Source: Octopus vulgaris (Eukaryota). From it: DNA of 64,000 bases. Shown here in pieces: positions 53,559-64,000 of this stretch (the stretch's first letter is position 1; each line of letters opens with the position of its first letter). The position numbers and the translations under genes are program-made. A model generated the notes under the pieces. It worked only from the letters and a program-made list of their open reading frames with translations, had not been told where the DNA came from and did not search any database. The stretch lies in contig OX597817.1 of NCBI GenBank assembly GCA_951406725.2, positions 46,066,001 to 46,130,000 on the forward strand, read 5' to 3'.

Positions 53559-54244
53559 AAAATAAATAATAACAATTAGGCGTACAAATCAGCAGCCATC
53601 TTGCCATCTTCAAACATAAGAAATATCTTATAAGAGAAATATACAGAAAGGTGTAATAGCTAAATTAAAACGAAGGTAGGATAAACGAAAAGGATCTTTT
53701 CGGTTTGAACGGCAGTTTTTTCTAGCGGTGTCATATGAAATTGTCACCCAGAACTATGACCCTAGTGTCGATCTATTGCATTTCAATCTGTTTTAGGGTT
53801 AGGGTTAAGGGTGGGAGGAAGGATATCTTTTTTTCTTCACAAATGTAAATAAACCCAATCTGTATCTTAAACGAGGGACATATTCATACGGCACAGAATG
53901 TTTTTTTTTACTTCAATAGACGTCATTGATTAGTTGAAATTGCAGAATTTGAAGAAAAAAACAACAAATATCTTACAAACTATAGAAGTTTCTCAACAAA
54001 GCCAAGAGAAAAAGATGTTTTATAAACACATTCTACCAGTATACGAAGTTTAAAAGTGTTTAGTTAAGTGAAAATTATTTTTAAAAACTATCGTTCAAAC
54101 CGAAAAGATCCAAAATAAATAATAATAATTAGGCATACAAATCAGCAGCCATCTTTCTATTTTCAAACGTAAGTAATATCTTATAAGAGGAATATACAGA
54201 AAGGTGTAATATCTAAATTAAAACGAATGTAGTATAAATGAAAA
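53559..54244 (+). repeat. 133-bp direct repeats (53559-53691 and 54112-54244) flanking the MITE
   Basis: AAAATAAATAATAA.AATTAGGC.TACAAATCAGCAGCCATC...CAGAAAGGTGTAATA.CTAAATTAAAACGAA...GAAAA on both sides, directly abutting the TIRs. Confidence 0.88.
53692..54111 (-). mobile_element. MITE, same family as 42752-43179
   Basis: GGATCTTTTCGGTTTGAACG ... CGTTCAAACCGAAAAGATCC TIRs; internal TTAGGGTTAGGGTTAAGGG. Confidence 0.9.
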
Positions 54245-54845
54245 TCTTAGTCAGGATTGATTCTGTTAGCGAATGTAATTATTCACATGTATTAGATATT
54301 GCTCAGATACGTTCATATTTAAGACAGGCGGCTTTTGAAATCCCATGGAATTGATTTCGCTATACTCCTATAAGGCTATCCCTTTAACTCCCTATAAATT
54401 CATATTCAGAGTCCTATTTGTTTATTTATATAAGCATAGCAGCTATTATCATATAAATTTTTATTGATTTTAATTTGCAATATACAAAATCGTTCAATTA
54501 GATTAAAATTCTATGGTTCATAAAATTTCCCATTATTAATTTTCTAGATCATTACATATTTATTAAAACACTTTTTTCTTCTTTTAAATATGACTTCAAT
54601 CAAAATTTTCTGCTTCCTTTTAAAGGAGAAGCGAGGATTTGGGAAAAACTGTAATAGAGTAAAGCAAATAAAATGACAAATATACTTAAGTATGTATGTG
54701 TATTTATGTCTATATGGAGCTGTATGTATGTGTGTGTGAGTGTGTGTGTGCGTATGTCAATCTACAAGCAATTACTCTTGTTGATAGCAAAAGTGTTTTG
54801 CGCATCGTTATCTCTATCATTCGCCGTATCTCTTAATATACTTTA

Positions 54846-54847
54846 TC

Positions 54848-54885
<38 letters not shown>

Positions 54886-55167
54886 CTATGTGTGTATGTA
54901 TGTGTGCATGTGTGATTAATGCAGCTTTTGTGTGCGCATCCGTGAACGTAAATATATATATATATATGTATATATTTGTATATGTATATATATATATGTA
55001 TATATGTATATATATATATATTTATATATGTATATATGTATATGTATATATATATATGTGTGTGTGTGTGTATATGTATATATATATATGTATATATGTA
55101 TTTGTATATATATGTATATGTATGTATAAATATATATGTATATGTATATAAATATATGTATATATAT

Positions 55168-55198
<31 letters not shown>

Positions 55199-55216
55199 TG
55201 TATATATATATATATA

Positions 55217-55284
<68 letters not shown>

Positions 55285-55340
55285 GTATATGTGTATATTC
55301 ATATATATATGTATGTATACGTATATATATATGTTTATAT
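54846..55340. repeat. Long compound (TA)n/(TG)n/(TATG)n microsatellite
   Basis: Direct reading; it explains about 10 overlapping YI-rich ORFs. Confidence 0.95.
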
Positions 55341-55901
55341 AAGCGTGTGTGTATGTAGGCACTCATGTGTGAGCGAAGCGGCCTTTTGTGCGCGCATCCG
55401 TAAACATAAAAATTTGCACACAAAAATGCACGTGATATGTAATTGTCTGTTGTGTATGCGTTTTTCATTGAAAAAGGCTTCAATAGCTCAATGCATGAAT
55501 GCGAATAACTCCAATAGGTGAAAAAAAATAATAATTTCCTCTTTATTGAGAAAGCACAAAATGAAATGATAATTGATTAACTATTTATATTTATCACCAT
55601 TTATGATAGATATATTTACACTGAAAGCAGCCACAGCGAGGTTTATGAACGTACATTTCCTTCAATAATATCGATACACATCATCACTCAATCAACGGAG
55701 GACGACGTTTTCACCATGTGCAAATACTTAAGCGTGTACGCACGTGTTTAATGTTATAGTGCGCATATATCTAGACAGAGATACAGGGGCAAACATAGAC
55801 ACACAAACACATACACACACGTACACAGCTGTATTAGACTGATTATATACACTCATATATATGAATATATATATATATAGGTTTGAGTGGTTGCCTGAGT
55901 T

Positions 55902-55941
<40 letters not shown>

Positions 55942-55945
<4 letters not shown>

Positions 55946-56227
55946 TCAAAACGGTAAGATAACAAAAGAAAGAAAGAGACCTCAATATTATGTAAATAGA
56001 GGATATTTATCTATAAAATAATATGTTACAATTACTCAATAGTCAAGATAAAAGTCTGAGTTTCAGATGCCGAAGTGGAAATCCACAACACCATCTCCGA
56101 AGAGATGGTGTTGTGGATTTCCACTTCGGCATCTGAAACTCAGAGGAGATGGTGTTGTGGATTTCCACTTCGGCATCTGAAACTCAGAGTTTTATCTTGA
56201 CTATTGAGTAATTGTAACATATTATTT

Positions 56228-56230
<3 letters not shown>
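55942..56230. mobile_element. Family H3 foldback copy in (TA)n with internal 44-bp tandem duplication
   Basis: Arms about 56013-56097 and 56146-56230 are near-perfect inverted repeats. GAGATGGTGTTGTGGATTTCCACTTCGGCATCTGAAACTCAGAG is repeated at 56102 and 56146. Confidence 0.8.
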
Positions 56231-56264
<34 letters not shown>

Positions 56265-56333
56265 TAGACCGATCGATCGATAGATACATAGACGCATTGA
56301 TTGAATTACAGATGTGTAGATACACAGATATAA

Positions 56334-56378
<45 letters not shown>

Positions 56379-56429
56379 CGTATATCTGTGTATCTACATA
56401 TATATATATTATATGTTGTCGTTGGTTAT

Positions 56430-56900
56430 GACCGGTCAGAAAGTTACAATTCGTTTCACGTCTATGATTGCTATTTGCAATATAGACAACTCACAAGACT
56501 CGCTGGCAAGAGACATTTACCATTTTAGTAATGCAGGTTAGAACAGTCTTGCTCGTGAAGGTTGTAAAAAAAAAAGTGAAGACCCTGAACTGAAATTCTT
56601 CGAAGCGAGACCCTCTTCTGGATGATGTGGAATTATCTCCCTTTGTTTAAAAAAAAGGCTCAGTTTACGTACGATCAATGTCCTCAAGCAGGCAGTTCCA
56701 CGTGCGCTGAATAAATTTTCTCCCATAAAGCCAGCGACTGAGCATTTCAGTTTTGGAACCTAAGAAAGGGCCCAGATCAAGTGAATTTTTGGGGGGTTAT
56801 TTCCTTCTCAGCCAAGCAAAACTTTTGTTGTCTGTTCCCATTGAGGTATGGTCCACGCAGTGTTATGAGCTTCCGTTTAATATTGCATAGTAGTCAGCCT
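56430..56900 (-). pseudogene. Decayed mariner transposase C-terminal region
   Basis: The minus strand reads HNTAW...LAEK...NSLDLGP...PKLK with frameshifts (cf. HDNA.PH...FLAK...PYSPDLAP.DF.LFPKLK). Confidence 0.5.
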
Positions 56901-57297
56901 TCTTTTCAACGTCATATGTAGTTGCCCAATGACGTAACGTTGCACCTATCGGGAATTCCAGTAGAGACCCTGTGATTATTTAGTGGCAGCTTAAATGGGC
57001 CTCCAAAACTCCAACAGCGTGGTCTACAAGGCAGAAGTGATGTCCTTCAGTAACAGCAGCAACGGTAATGATTGCAGCACCACTAACAACGGCAGCACCA
57101 AGTTGTTTTGCGAAAATTTGGTTTAAATGTTTGAAAACTCAGCACTGTTCATTGGACGGGGGGCTTTTTGCTCGTATATTATATATGTAAAGCATAATAT
57201 TTATACATGTATGTATATTGTTATAATTGTCTTTTTTAAAAAAATCGACATAATATAATGTCTAAAAATTGATGTATACCAACTCTTGATCCCCTCC

Positions 57298-57762
57298 ATT
57301 TTCTTATTGCTATATATATATATATACATCACTGGAGGTGATTTTTGTACGTCTTTCTAAAGTGGATGGTTGAATAAGTAGTAGTTTTAAACAACAATCA
57401 ATACAGGGGTTGATTTGTTCGATGGACGAAATCGTTCAACACCGTACCAAGCATGGCTGTTGTCTAATGTCTGTAATACAAACGTTAAAGTTTGTGTAAT
57501 TAGTTAATAATAATTCATAAATTAATAGATTTGCAATATAGACAACTCACAAGACTCGCTGGCAAGAGACATTTACCATTTTAGTAATGCAGGTTAGAAC
57601 AGTCTTGCTCGTGAAGGTTGTAAAAAAAAGTGAAGACCCTGATTTGTTCGATGGTTGAATAAGTAGTAGTTTTAAACAACAATCAATACAGGGGTTGATT
57701 TGTTCGATGGACGAAATCGTTCAACACCGTACCAAGCATCCGTACCCTCAATTTTCTTATTG

Positions 57763-57803
<41 letters not shown>

Positions 57804-58003
57804 TGGAGGTGATTTTTGTACGTCTTTCTAAAGTGGATGGTTGAATAAGTAGTAGTTTTAAACAACAATCAATACAGGGGTTGATTTGTTCGATGGACGA
57901 AATCGTTCAACACCGTACCAAGCATGGCTGTTGTCTAATGTCTGTAATACAAACGTTAAAGTTTGTGTAATTAGTTAATAATAATTCATAAATTAATAGA
58001 TTT
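57298..58003 (+). repeat. Complex near-identical local duplication
   Basis: 57298-57532 is repeated at 57751-58003; 56474-56587 is repeated at 57530-57642; 57366-57454 is repeated at about 57650-57739. Confidence 0.9.
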
Positions 58004-58764
58004 TACATGCCTTCTTGTCATTTAACGTCATTTAACATCATCTCTTCCTCCTGCCATCTGTCTGTATTTGTTTCTATATGGCTGTTGTATATATTCATGT
58101 GTGTGTATATGCATGCATGCATGTTATTTAAACTTGAGAGATTCATGTATTGTTTTGATACAAATAAATAGAAGCTGGAAGTTTCTGATAAGAGATCATC
58201 TGTGTGACTGATTTGTCGATTTAAATAACTAATGTTTTTGGATTAATAAACTAGCTCGCACTAATAATAGATAAATTGCTTTACTTTCAAGAGAATAGAA
58301 CAATAATAGATATGAATCTTATGAATACATTCTCTTAAATTATACTCACACGGTTTGTCATTTAAATTCTATTCACAAGTGATATTTCGTATCAATATCT
58401 TCATTTAATAAACTTCTGATATCCATTCTTCTCAATAAATAGCTAAAACTAAATGAAGACATACGTTGTAAAAGTTAATATCAAGGGTCAAACAGGTAAT
58501 ATGCTAATATTTGATGTTGAGTTACAACTTAGAATGTTATGCTTTTACATCTTCTCTATACTTATCATTAATATAGCAGCACCTTTTAAGTCTAATGTAA
58601 ATATTTTGCTTTTACGATTGCGATTTTAAACAGTCAATATATTCAATAGTTATGAAATTTCAGCTAGGTTGATTTCACTTTGATATTTGTACATAAGTTT
58701 CAGTAAGAAATTTTCTTAAGAATTACCACACAGAAAACACTGCTCTACATAATGATTTCAAATT

Positions 58765-59360
58765 TTGTCACAATACCAGCAGTTTCGGGGGTGGGGATAA
58801 ATCTATTTCATCGACCCCAGTAATTTGTAGGTAGTTATTATATCGACCCCAAAAGGATGATAGTAATGTAGAGCTCGGCAAGATGTGAAATCGGAACCTA
58901 AGCTCGATCGAAATGCCGCTATGGATTTCGCCCGACATGCTAACGATTCTTATTTCTTTACTGTCCACAAGGGGCTACACAAATGGGGGGACAAACAAGG
59001 ACAGACAAGCGGATTGAGTCGATTACATCAACCCCAGTGCGTAACTGGTACTTACTTAATCGACCCCGAAAGGATGAGAGGCAAAGTGGACCTCGGTGGA
59101 ATTTGAACTCAGAACGTAGTGGCAGACCAAATACCTATTTCTTTACTACCCACAAGGGGCTAAACACAGAGGGGACAAACAAGGACAGACAACCGGATTA
59201 AGTCGATTTTGTCGACCCCAGTGTGTAACTGGTACTTATTTAATTGGCCCCGAAAGGATAAAAGGCAAAGTCGACCTCGGCGGAATTTGAACTCAGAACG
59301 CAGCGGCAGACGAAATACCGCTAAGCATTTCGCCCTGCATACTAACGAGTCTGCCAGTTT
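58765..59360 (-). mobile_element. SINE family B multimer
   Basis: CCACAAGGGGCTA...GACAAACAAGGACAGACAA at about 58965 and 59149; head at about 59325-59358. Confidence 0.88.
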
Positions 59361-59651
59361 ACTGTTTTATATACAATAAATAATAGCTTTAGTTGAATTG
59401 GATTTAAAAGCCTAAGATGGAAAAAATGCCAAATACAGCTGAGATGTGTGGAGTAATGAGAAATGACACAACGCACCACCCGATCTGGGAATCGAAACTA
59501 CGAACTTGTGGGCAACGCCTTATACAACTAGGTCACGCTGATATATATAGCAGAAATCTTTCTGCATCTCTGTTGCCCAAAATTTTATGTGTATTTCAAT
59601 AAGAATTTCCTGCGCTGTTCAGTTACTATTCGATTATTGATAACGTATAAC

Positions 59652-59962
59652 GTCGCCCTTTTCAAGCCTAGCCAGGCTCATGAACCCGTTTTCCCGGTTT
59701 CTGTGGCGTATGCGCCCCCCCCCCCTGCTGGACGGGACTCTAGTCCATTGCAGCATTACTCAAGAAATAGGAAGAGAGAGTGAGAGAAAGTTGTGGCAAA
59801 AGAGTACAACAGGGGTCGCCACCACCCGCTGCCGGAGCCTCGTGGAGCTTTTAAGTGTTTTCGCTCAATAAACACACACAACGCCCCGGTCTGGGAATCG
59901 AAAACGCGATCCTCCGACCGCGAGTCCACTGCCCTAACCACTGGGTCATTGCGCCTCCACAT
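59652..59962 (-). mobile_element. tRNA-derived SINE, family C-related
   Basis: GGGAATCGAAAACGCGATCCTCCGACCGCGAGTCCACTGCCCTAACCACTGGGTCATTGCGCCTCCAC is the reverse complement of the tRNA head; the tail matches the end of 6517-6765. Confidence 0.8.
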
Positions 59963-61248
59963 TCGATTGTTGAGCTATGATCTAAATATTCTTTCCTATA
60001 TTTTTACATAATGTCCTAAAATCAGCTCTTCTTACTTATTCTGATATTGTGTATTTCTAAAATCTATTTATACAATTTTGCACACATAAACTAAAAATTC
60101 GAACGTATATAGTTTGGGTTCACTTTTGATTTGTGAATTGTTATTTTTTTCCATGCTGCTAATTTGATGAACATATGCAATATATATTGACCATAGTCCG
60201 CATGATTTCGGATATTTTTACCTGATAATGTCTATCTGATAATGTCTAACCACGGTTATTTCATTCCTCCTTGCCATCAGAGTTCCCCTAGAACTAGTTC
60301 TGATTTTGAAATGTAACAGTACTCTGCAAAAGCATATGTAGTAGGTTAAACATTTTCAACAATTTAATATAATAAATATAAACATCTGCTTGTCAACTGA
60401 AGCATTAGCCGTTTTCTCGTTTTGAAGTTCACCACAAAAAGACTAACTCGGCTTAAGTTCACAAGCAAACAATGCCTCTGTAGGCGCCAAAATGGTCGTC
60501 TTTCTTTTTAACTAATTTCTACGTGTTATCCGATAGTGCTACAAAAGATATAAATTTTTTGTAGCTTTATAACAATTGCCGCATAGGAATTATTGCTGAA
60601 ACCCGTACATTTCTCTCTATTCATTGAAAATATAATCATTCTATTAGATTTAACGGCGGTGTTTACAAACGACGGTATGTTTTTCTTGTCTCGCCTACCT
60701 AATTCATTTAGCTTCCAGTTGAGAGTATTATAGCTTTAACGTATTACTGAAACGCTAGCGGATTAAAGCTTACTACCTTATGATTAGCATTTTAACTGCT
60801 TTTTTTATTCACCTAATACGTTTATAATATCCCTTACTCAACAGGTGTTTCAATTGTAAGTTCTTTCTTTAATTCCTAAGACATTTTAAGTCTGTGTTTA
60901 GTATGATTCTTTTATCTTTGCTTCTTTAGTTAATAAGTTAGTATTTTTATACGTATATATAATTTCCGATGCTGTGTGTTGTTAATTGAGTATGTTCATA
61001 ATTTTATGTCAGTTCCGCTCTAAAACTAGAAAATATACGCTATAGTTTATTGAGTATTACTCTTCTGTTTTCGCCTTTTCTGTCATCTGCAGCATGAAAA
61101 CTCGAAATGACATAGGAGTGCCATACGTAATGAGGATTTTGAACCACACACACATATGTACATACATACATACATACATAATACATACATACATACATAA
61201 TACATACATACATACATAATACATGCATATATATATATATATATATTT

Positions 61249-61462
61249 GTAAATATAATATGTGACAATTATTCGGTAGCCATAATAAAACTCCGAGTTT
61301 CGGATGTCGGAGTGGAAATCCACCCCGCCATTTCTTCAGTTATCCGGGCATCGGAAAAAAACTCCGAAACTCGCATTTCTTTCATGGCTACCGAATAATT
61401 GTCGCATATTATATTTACAGATAAATTCCTCTATTTACATAATATCGAAGTTTCTTTCATTC
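61249..61462. mobile_element. Family H3 foldback copy with a hammerhead-like motif (61284-61344, minus)
   Basis: Arms GTAAATATAATATGTGACAATTATTCGGTAGCCAT / ATGGCTACCGAATAATTGTCGCATATTATATTTAC. Minus strand GATAA-CTGAAGA-AATG...CATC-C-GAAA-CTCGGAG-TT-TTATT. Confidence 0.7.
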
Positions 61463-61627
61463 TTATGTTGTATTGAGGTTATTTCAGTTTCTGCCTACAA
61501 AATGCACTCACAATGCTTAAGTCGATCAAAGGTTGCAGCAAAAGACAGTGTTGCCTAAACTGGCATGTAGTAGGACTGAAACATCTGGTTGTAAAGTAAA
61601 CCTCTTAATACACCGCAATTCCTAGGC

Positions 61628-61681
<54 letters not shown>

Positions 61682-61839
61682 CTATAAGGGGCACGCGGAA
61701 GATCTAGTTAGAAAGCCAACTTTCCTAGTTTTCTTACAGGGCTTAGAACTGAAGGACTGCTACAATGAGTGTGTTAATCTCCGAAGAGAAGATCTTTTAT
61801 AAAGACATAATTAAATTATAAAAAATATAAATGTTCCTT

Positions 61840-62081
61840 CTCGAACCAAGCCTGGCTGATAGGGGCCGGTTTCCCGGTTTCAATGGCGTAGAAATTCCCC
61901 ACCTGGACGGGACGCCGGTCCGTCGCAGGTTTACTCATTTTTGCCAGGTGAATGGACTGGATCAACGTGAAAATTAAGTGTTTTGCTTAAGAACACAATG
62001 CACCGCCCGGTCCAGGAATCGAAACCACAACTTTACGATCATGAGTCCAACACCCTAACCACTGAGTCACGCGTCTCCACT
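61840..62081 (-). mobile_element. tRNA-derived SINE family C
   Basis: CCAGGAATCGAAACCACAACTTTACGATCATGAGTCCAACACCCTAACCACTGAGTCACGCGTCTCCAC; TAATTAAATTATA flanks at about 61808 and 62081 are a possible TSD. Confidence 0.85.
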
Positions 62082-62143
62082 AATTAAATTATACTACTGT
62101 GTATTCTTTTACCCAAAACTAGGTGCTTATCAACACTCCCGCG

Positions 62144-62196
<53 letters not shown>

Positions 62197-62465
62197 TTAA
62201 TAAGGGTGAGGGAATTAGATACTAATTTAATAGTATATCTATTCAACACCAAGTGGCCTAGTGCTCCGAGAAACCTGGATTATTATAATATTTTATAATA
62301 TATTATAATATTTTTACAAAATAAATATAAGAGAGTGGTCACTATATGGCTCACTCTAGCACCAGTTAATCCAAAAGGTTTCAACCACAAAAATACATGT
62401 TTCCCATGAAAGTCAGTACGATTGTTAGCTCACACGGACAGGACAAATAAAAAATAACAAAAATA

Positions 62466-62561
62466 CAGATTATTTTGGGACAGTTGTTTCGCTATTAATG
62501 AATTAAATGTAATTTTACTTACAAAAAAATCCACTTGTAGCTCGTCAGCCAAAACTATCTG
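62466..62561 (-). ncRNA. Type I hammerhead ribozyme, stem III variant (CAACTG)
   Basis: Reverse complement of the HHR; plus-strand G at 62483 where the other copies have A. Confidence 0.82.
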
Positions 62562-62999
62562 GATGAAATCCACTCAATCACACGCCAGATTTTACCATAA
62601 CGATAAATACGCGTGTGGTTCAATTGATTACATCCGACGTTATAATTCAAATGCCCCAACTAACAGCGCGCCAAACTTTCACGGAAAACAAATACAGCAT
62701 TTAGAAATAAATGCAGCATAATTATAATTAATTAATAAGGGTGAGAGAATTAGATACTAATTTAATAGTATATCTATTCAACACCAAGTGGCCTAGTGCT
62801 CCGAGAAACCTGGATTATTATAATATTTTATAATATATTATAATATTTTTACAAAATAAATATAAGAGAGTGGTCACTATATGGCTCACTCTAGCACCAG
62901 TTAATCCAAAAGGTTTCAACCACAAAAATACATGTTTCCCATGAAAGTCAGTACGATTGTTAGCTCACACGGACAGGCAAATAAAAAATAACAAAAATA

Positions 63000-63095
63000 C
63001 AGATTATTTTGGGACAATTGTTTCGCTATTAATGAATTAAATGTAATTTTACTTACAAAAAAATCCACTTGTAGCTCGTCAGCCAAAACTATCTG
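63000..63095 (-). ncRNA. Type I hammerhead ribozyme
   Basis: Exact reverse complement of 601-696. Confidence 0.9.
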
Positions 63096-63115
63096 GATGA
63101 AATCCACTCAATCAC

Positions 63116-64000
63116 AAAAATATTATAATATATTATAAAATATTATAATAATCCAGGTTTCTCGGAGCACTAGACCACTTGGTGTTGAATAGATATACTA
63201 TTAAATTAGTATCTAATTCTCTCACCCTTATTAATTAATTATAATTATGCTGCATTTATTTGTAAATGCTGTATTTGTTTTCCGTGAAAGTTTGGCGCGC
63301 TGTTAGTTGGGGCATTTGAATTATAACGTCGGATGTAATCAATTGAACCACACGCGTATTTATCGTTATGGTAAAATCTGGCGTGTGATTGAGTGGATTT
63401 CATCCAGATAGTTTTGGCTGACGAGCTACAAGTGGATTTTTTTGTAAGTAAAATTACATTTAATTCATTAATAGCGAAACAATTGTCCCAAAATAATCTG
63501 TATTTTTGTTATTTTTTATTTGCCCTGTCCGTGTGAGCTAACAATCGTACTGACTTTCATGGGAAACATGTATTTTTGTGGTTGAAACCTTTTGGATTAA
63601 CTGGTGCTAGAGTGAGCCATATAGTGACCACTCTCTTATATTTATTTTGTAAAAATATTATAATATATTATAAAATATTATAATAATCCAGGTTTCTCGG
63701 AGCACTAGGCCACTTGGTGTTGAATAGATATACTATTAAATTAGTATCTAATTCTCTCACCCTTATTAATTAATTATAATTATGCTGCATTTATTTCTAA
63801 ATGCTGTATTTGTTTTCCGTGAAAGTTTGGCGCGCTGTTAGTTGGGGCATTTGAATTATAACGTCGGATGTAATCAATTGAACCACACGCGTATTTATCG
63901 TTATGGTAAAATCTGGCGTGTGATTGAGTGGATTTCATCCAGATAGTTTTGGCTGACGAGCTACAAGTGGATTTTTTTGTAAGTAAAATTACATTTAATT
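63116..64000 (+). repeat. Second array, plus-strand arm (runs off the window)
   Basis: Orientation flips at ...CAATCAC|AAAAATATTATAAT; then the unit sequence with period 535 (63405 vs 63940). Confidence 0.93.
63405..63500 (+). ncRNA. Type I hammerhead ribozyme
   Basis: Same as 601-696. A further copy starts at 63940 and is cut by the window edge. Confidence 0.9.

Larger units (their letters stand above)
62191..63115 (-). repeat. Second array of the same 535-bp HHR repeat, minus-strand arm (about 1.7 units)
   Basis: Begins right after (TA)n with AATTAATTAATAAGGGTGAG, the reverse complement of the left array's end, and continues as the reverse complement of the unit. Confidence 0.93.

Noticed and set aside
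54673-55521. Long ORFs up to 181 aa rich in Y/I/M/C/V (also 2007-2345, 6960-7535, 15413-15886, 18275-18631, 19421-19879, 30614-31036)
   Set aside because: They are translations of (TA)n/(TG)n/(TATG)n microsatellites, which lack stop codons.
62916-63107. 63-aa ORF overlapping the hammerhead in the 535-bp unit
   Set aside because: It is open only because of a 1-nt deletion in this copy; other copies stop earlier, and it has no recognisable domain.

Overview
AT-rich, repeat-dense eukaryotic non-coding DNA. The SINE families and microsatellite load look like an octopus (coleoid cephalopod) genome; this is an inference. No host protein-coding exon is confidently visible, and almost all ORFs in the supplied track are microsatellite or repeat read-throughs. 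The main feature is a near-identical 535-bp tandem repeat, present as two arrays (124-2040 and 62191-64000). Each complete unit carries a complete type I hammerhead ribozyme (HHR) with a palindromic mini stem III and an unusually long rod-like stem II. Both arrays contain an internal inversion and end at the same point next to a (TA)n tract, which fits a young non-LTR retrozyme / Penelope-dependent element. At least three further short, unrelated repeat families carry minimal or variant HHR-like motifs, one fused to a tRNA-derived Pol III head. A decayed Penelope-like RT/GIY-YIG element lies at about 41.4-43.7 kb. The rest is tRNA-derived SINEs (three families), fossils of CR1/L2, RTE and R4/Dong LINEs, mariner remnants, non-autonomous Helitrons, a TIR MITE family, foldbacks, local duplications and many microsatellites.
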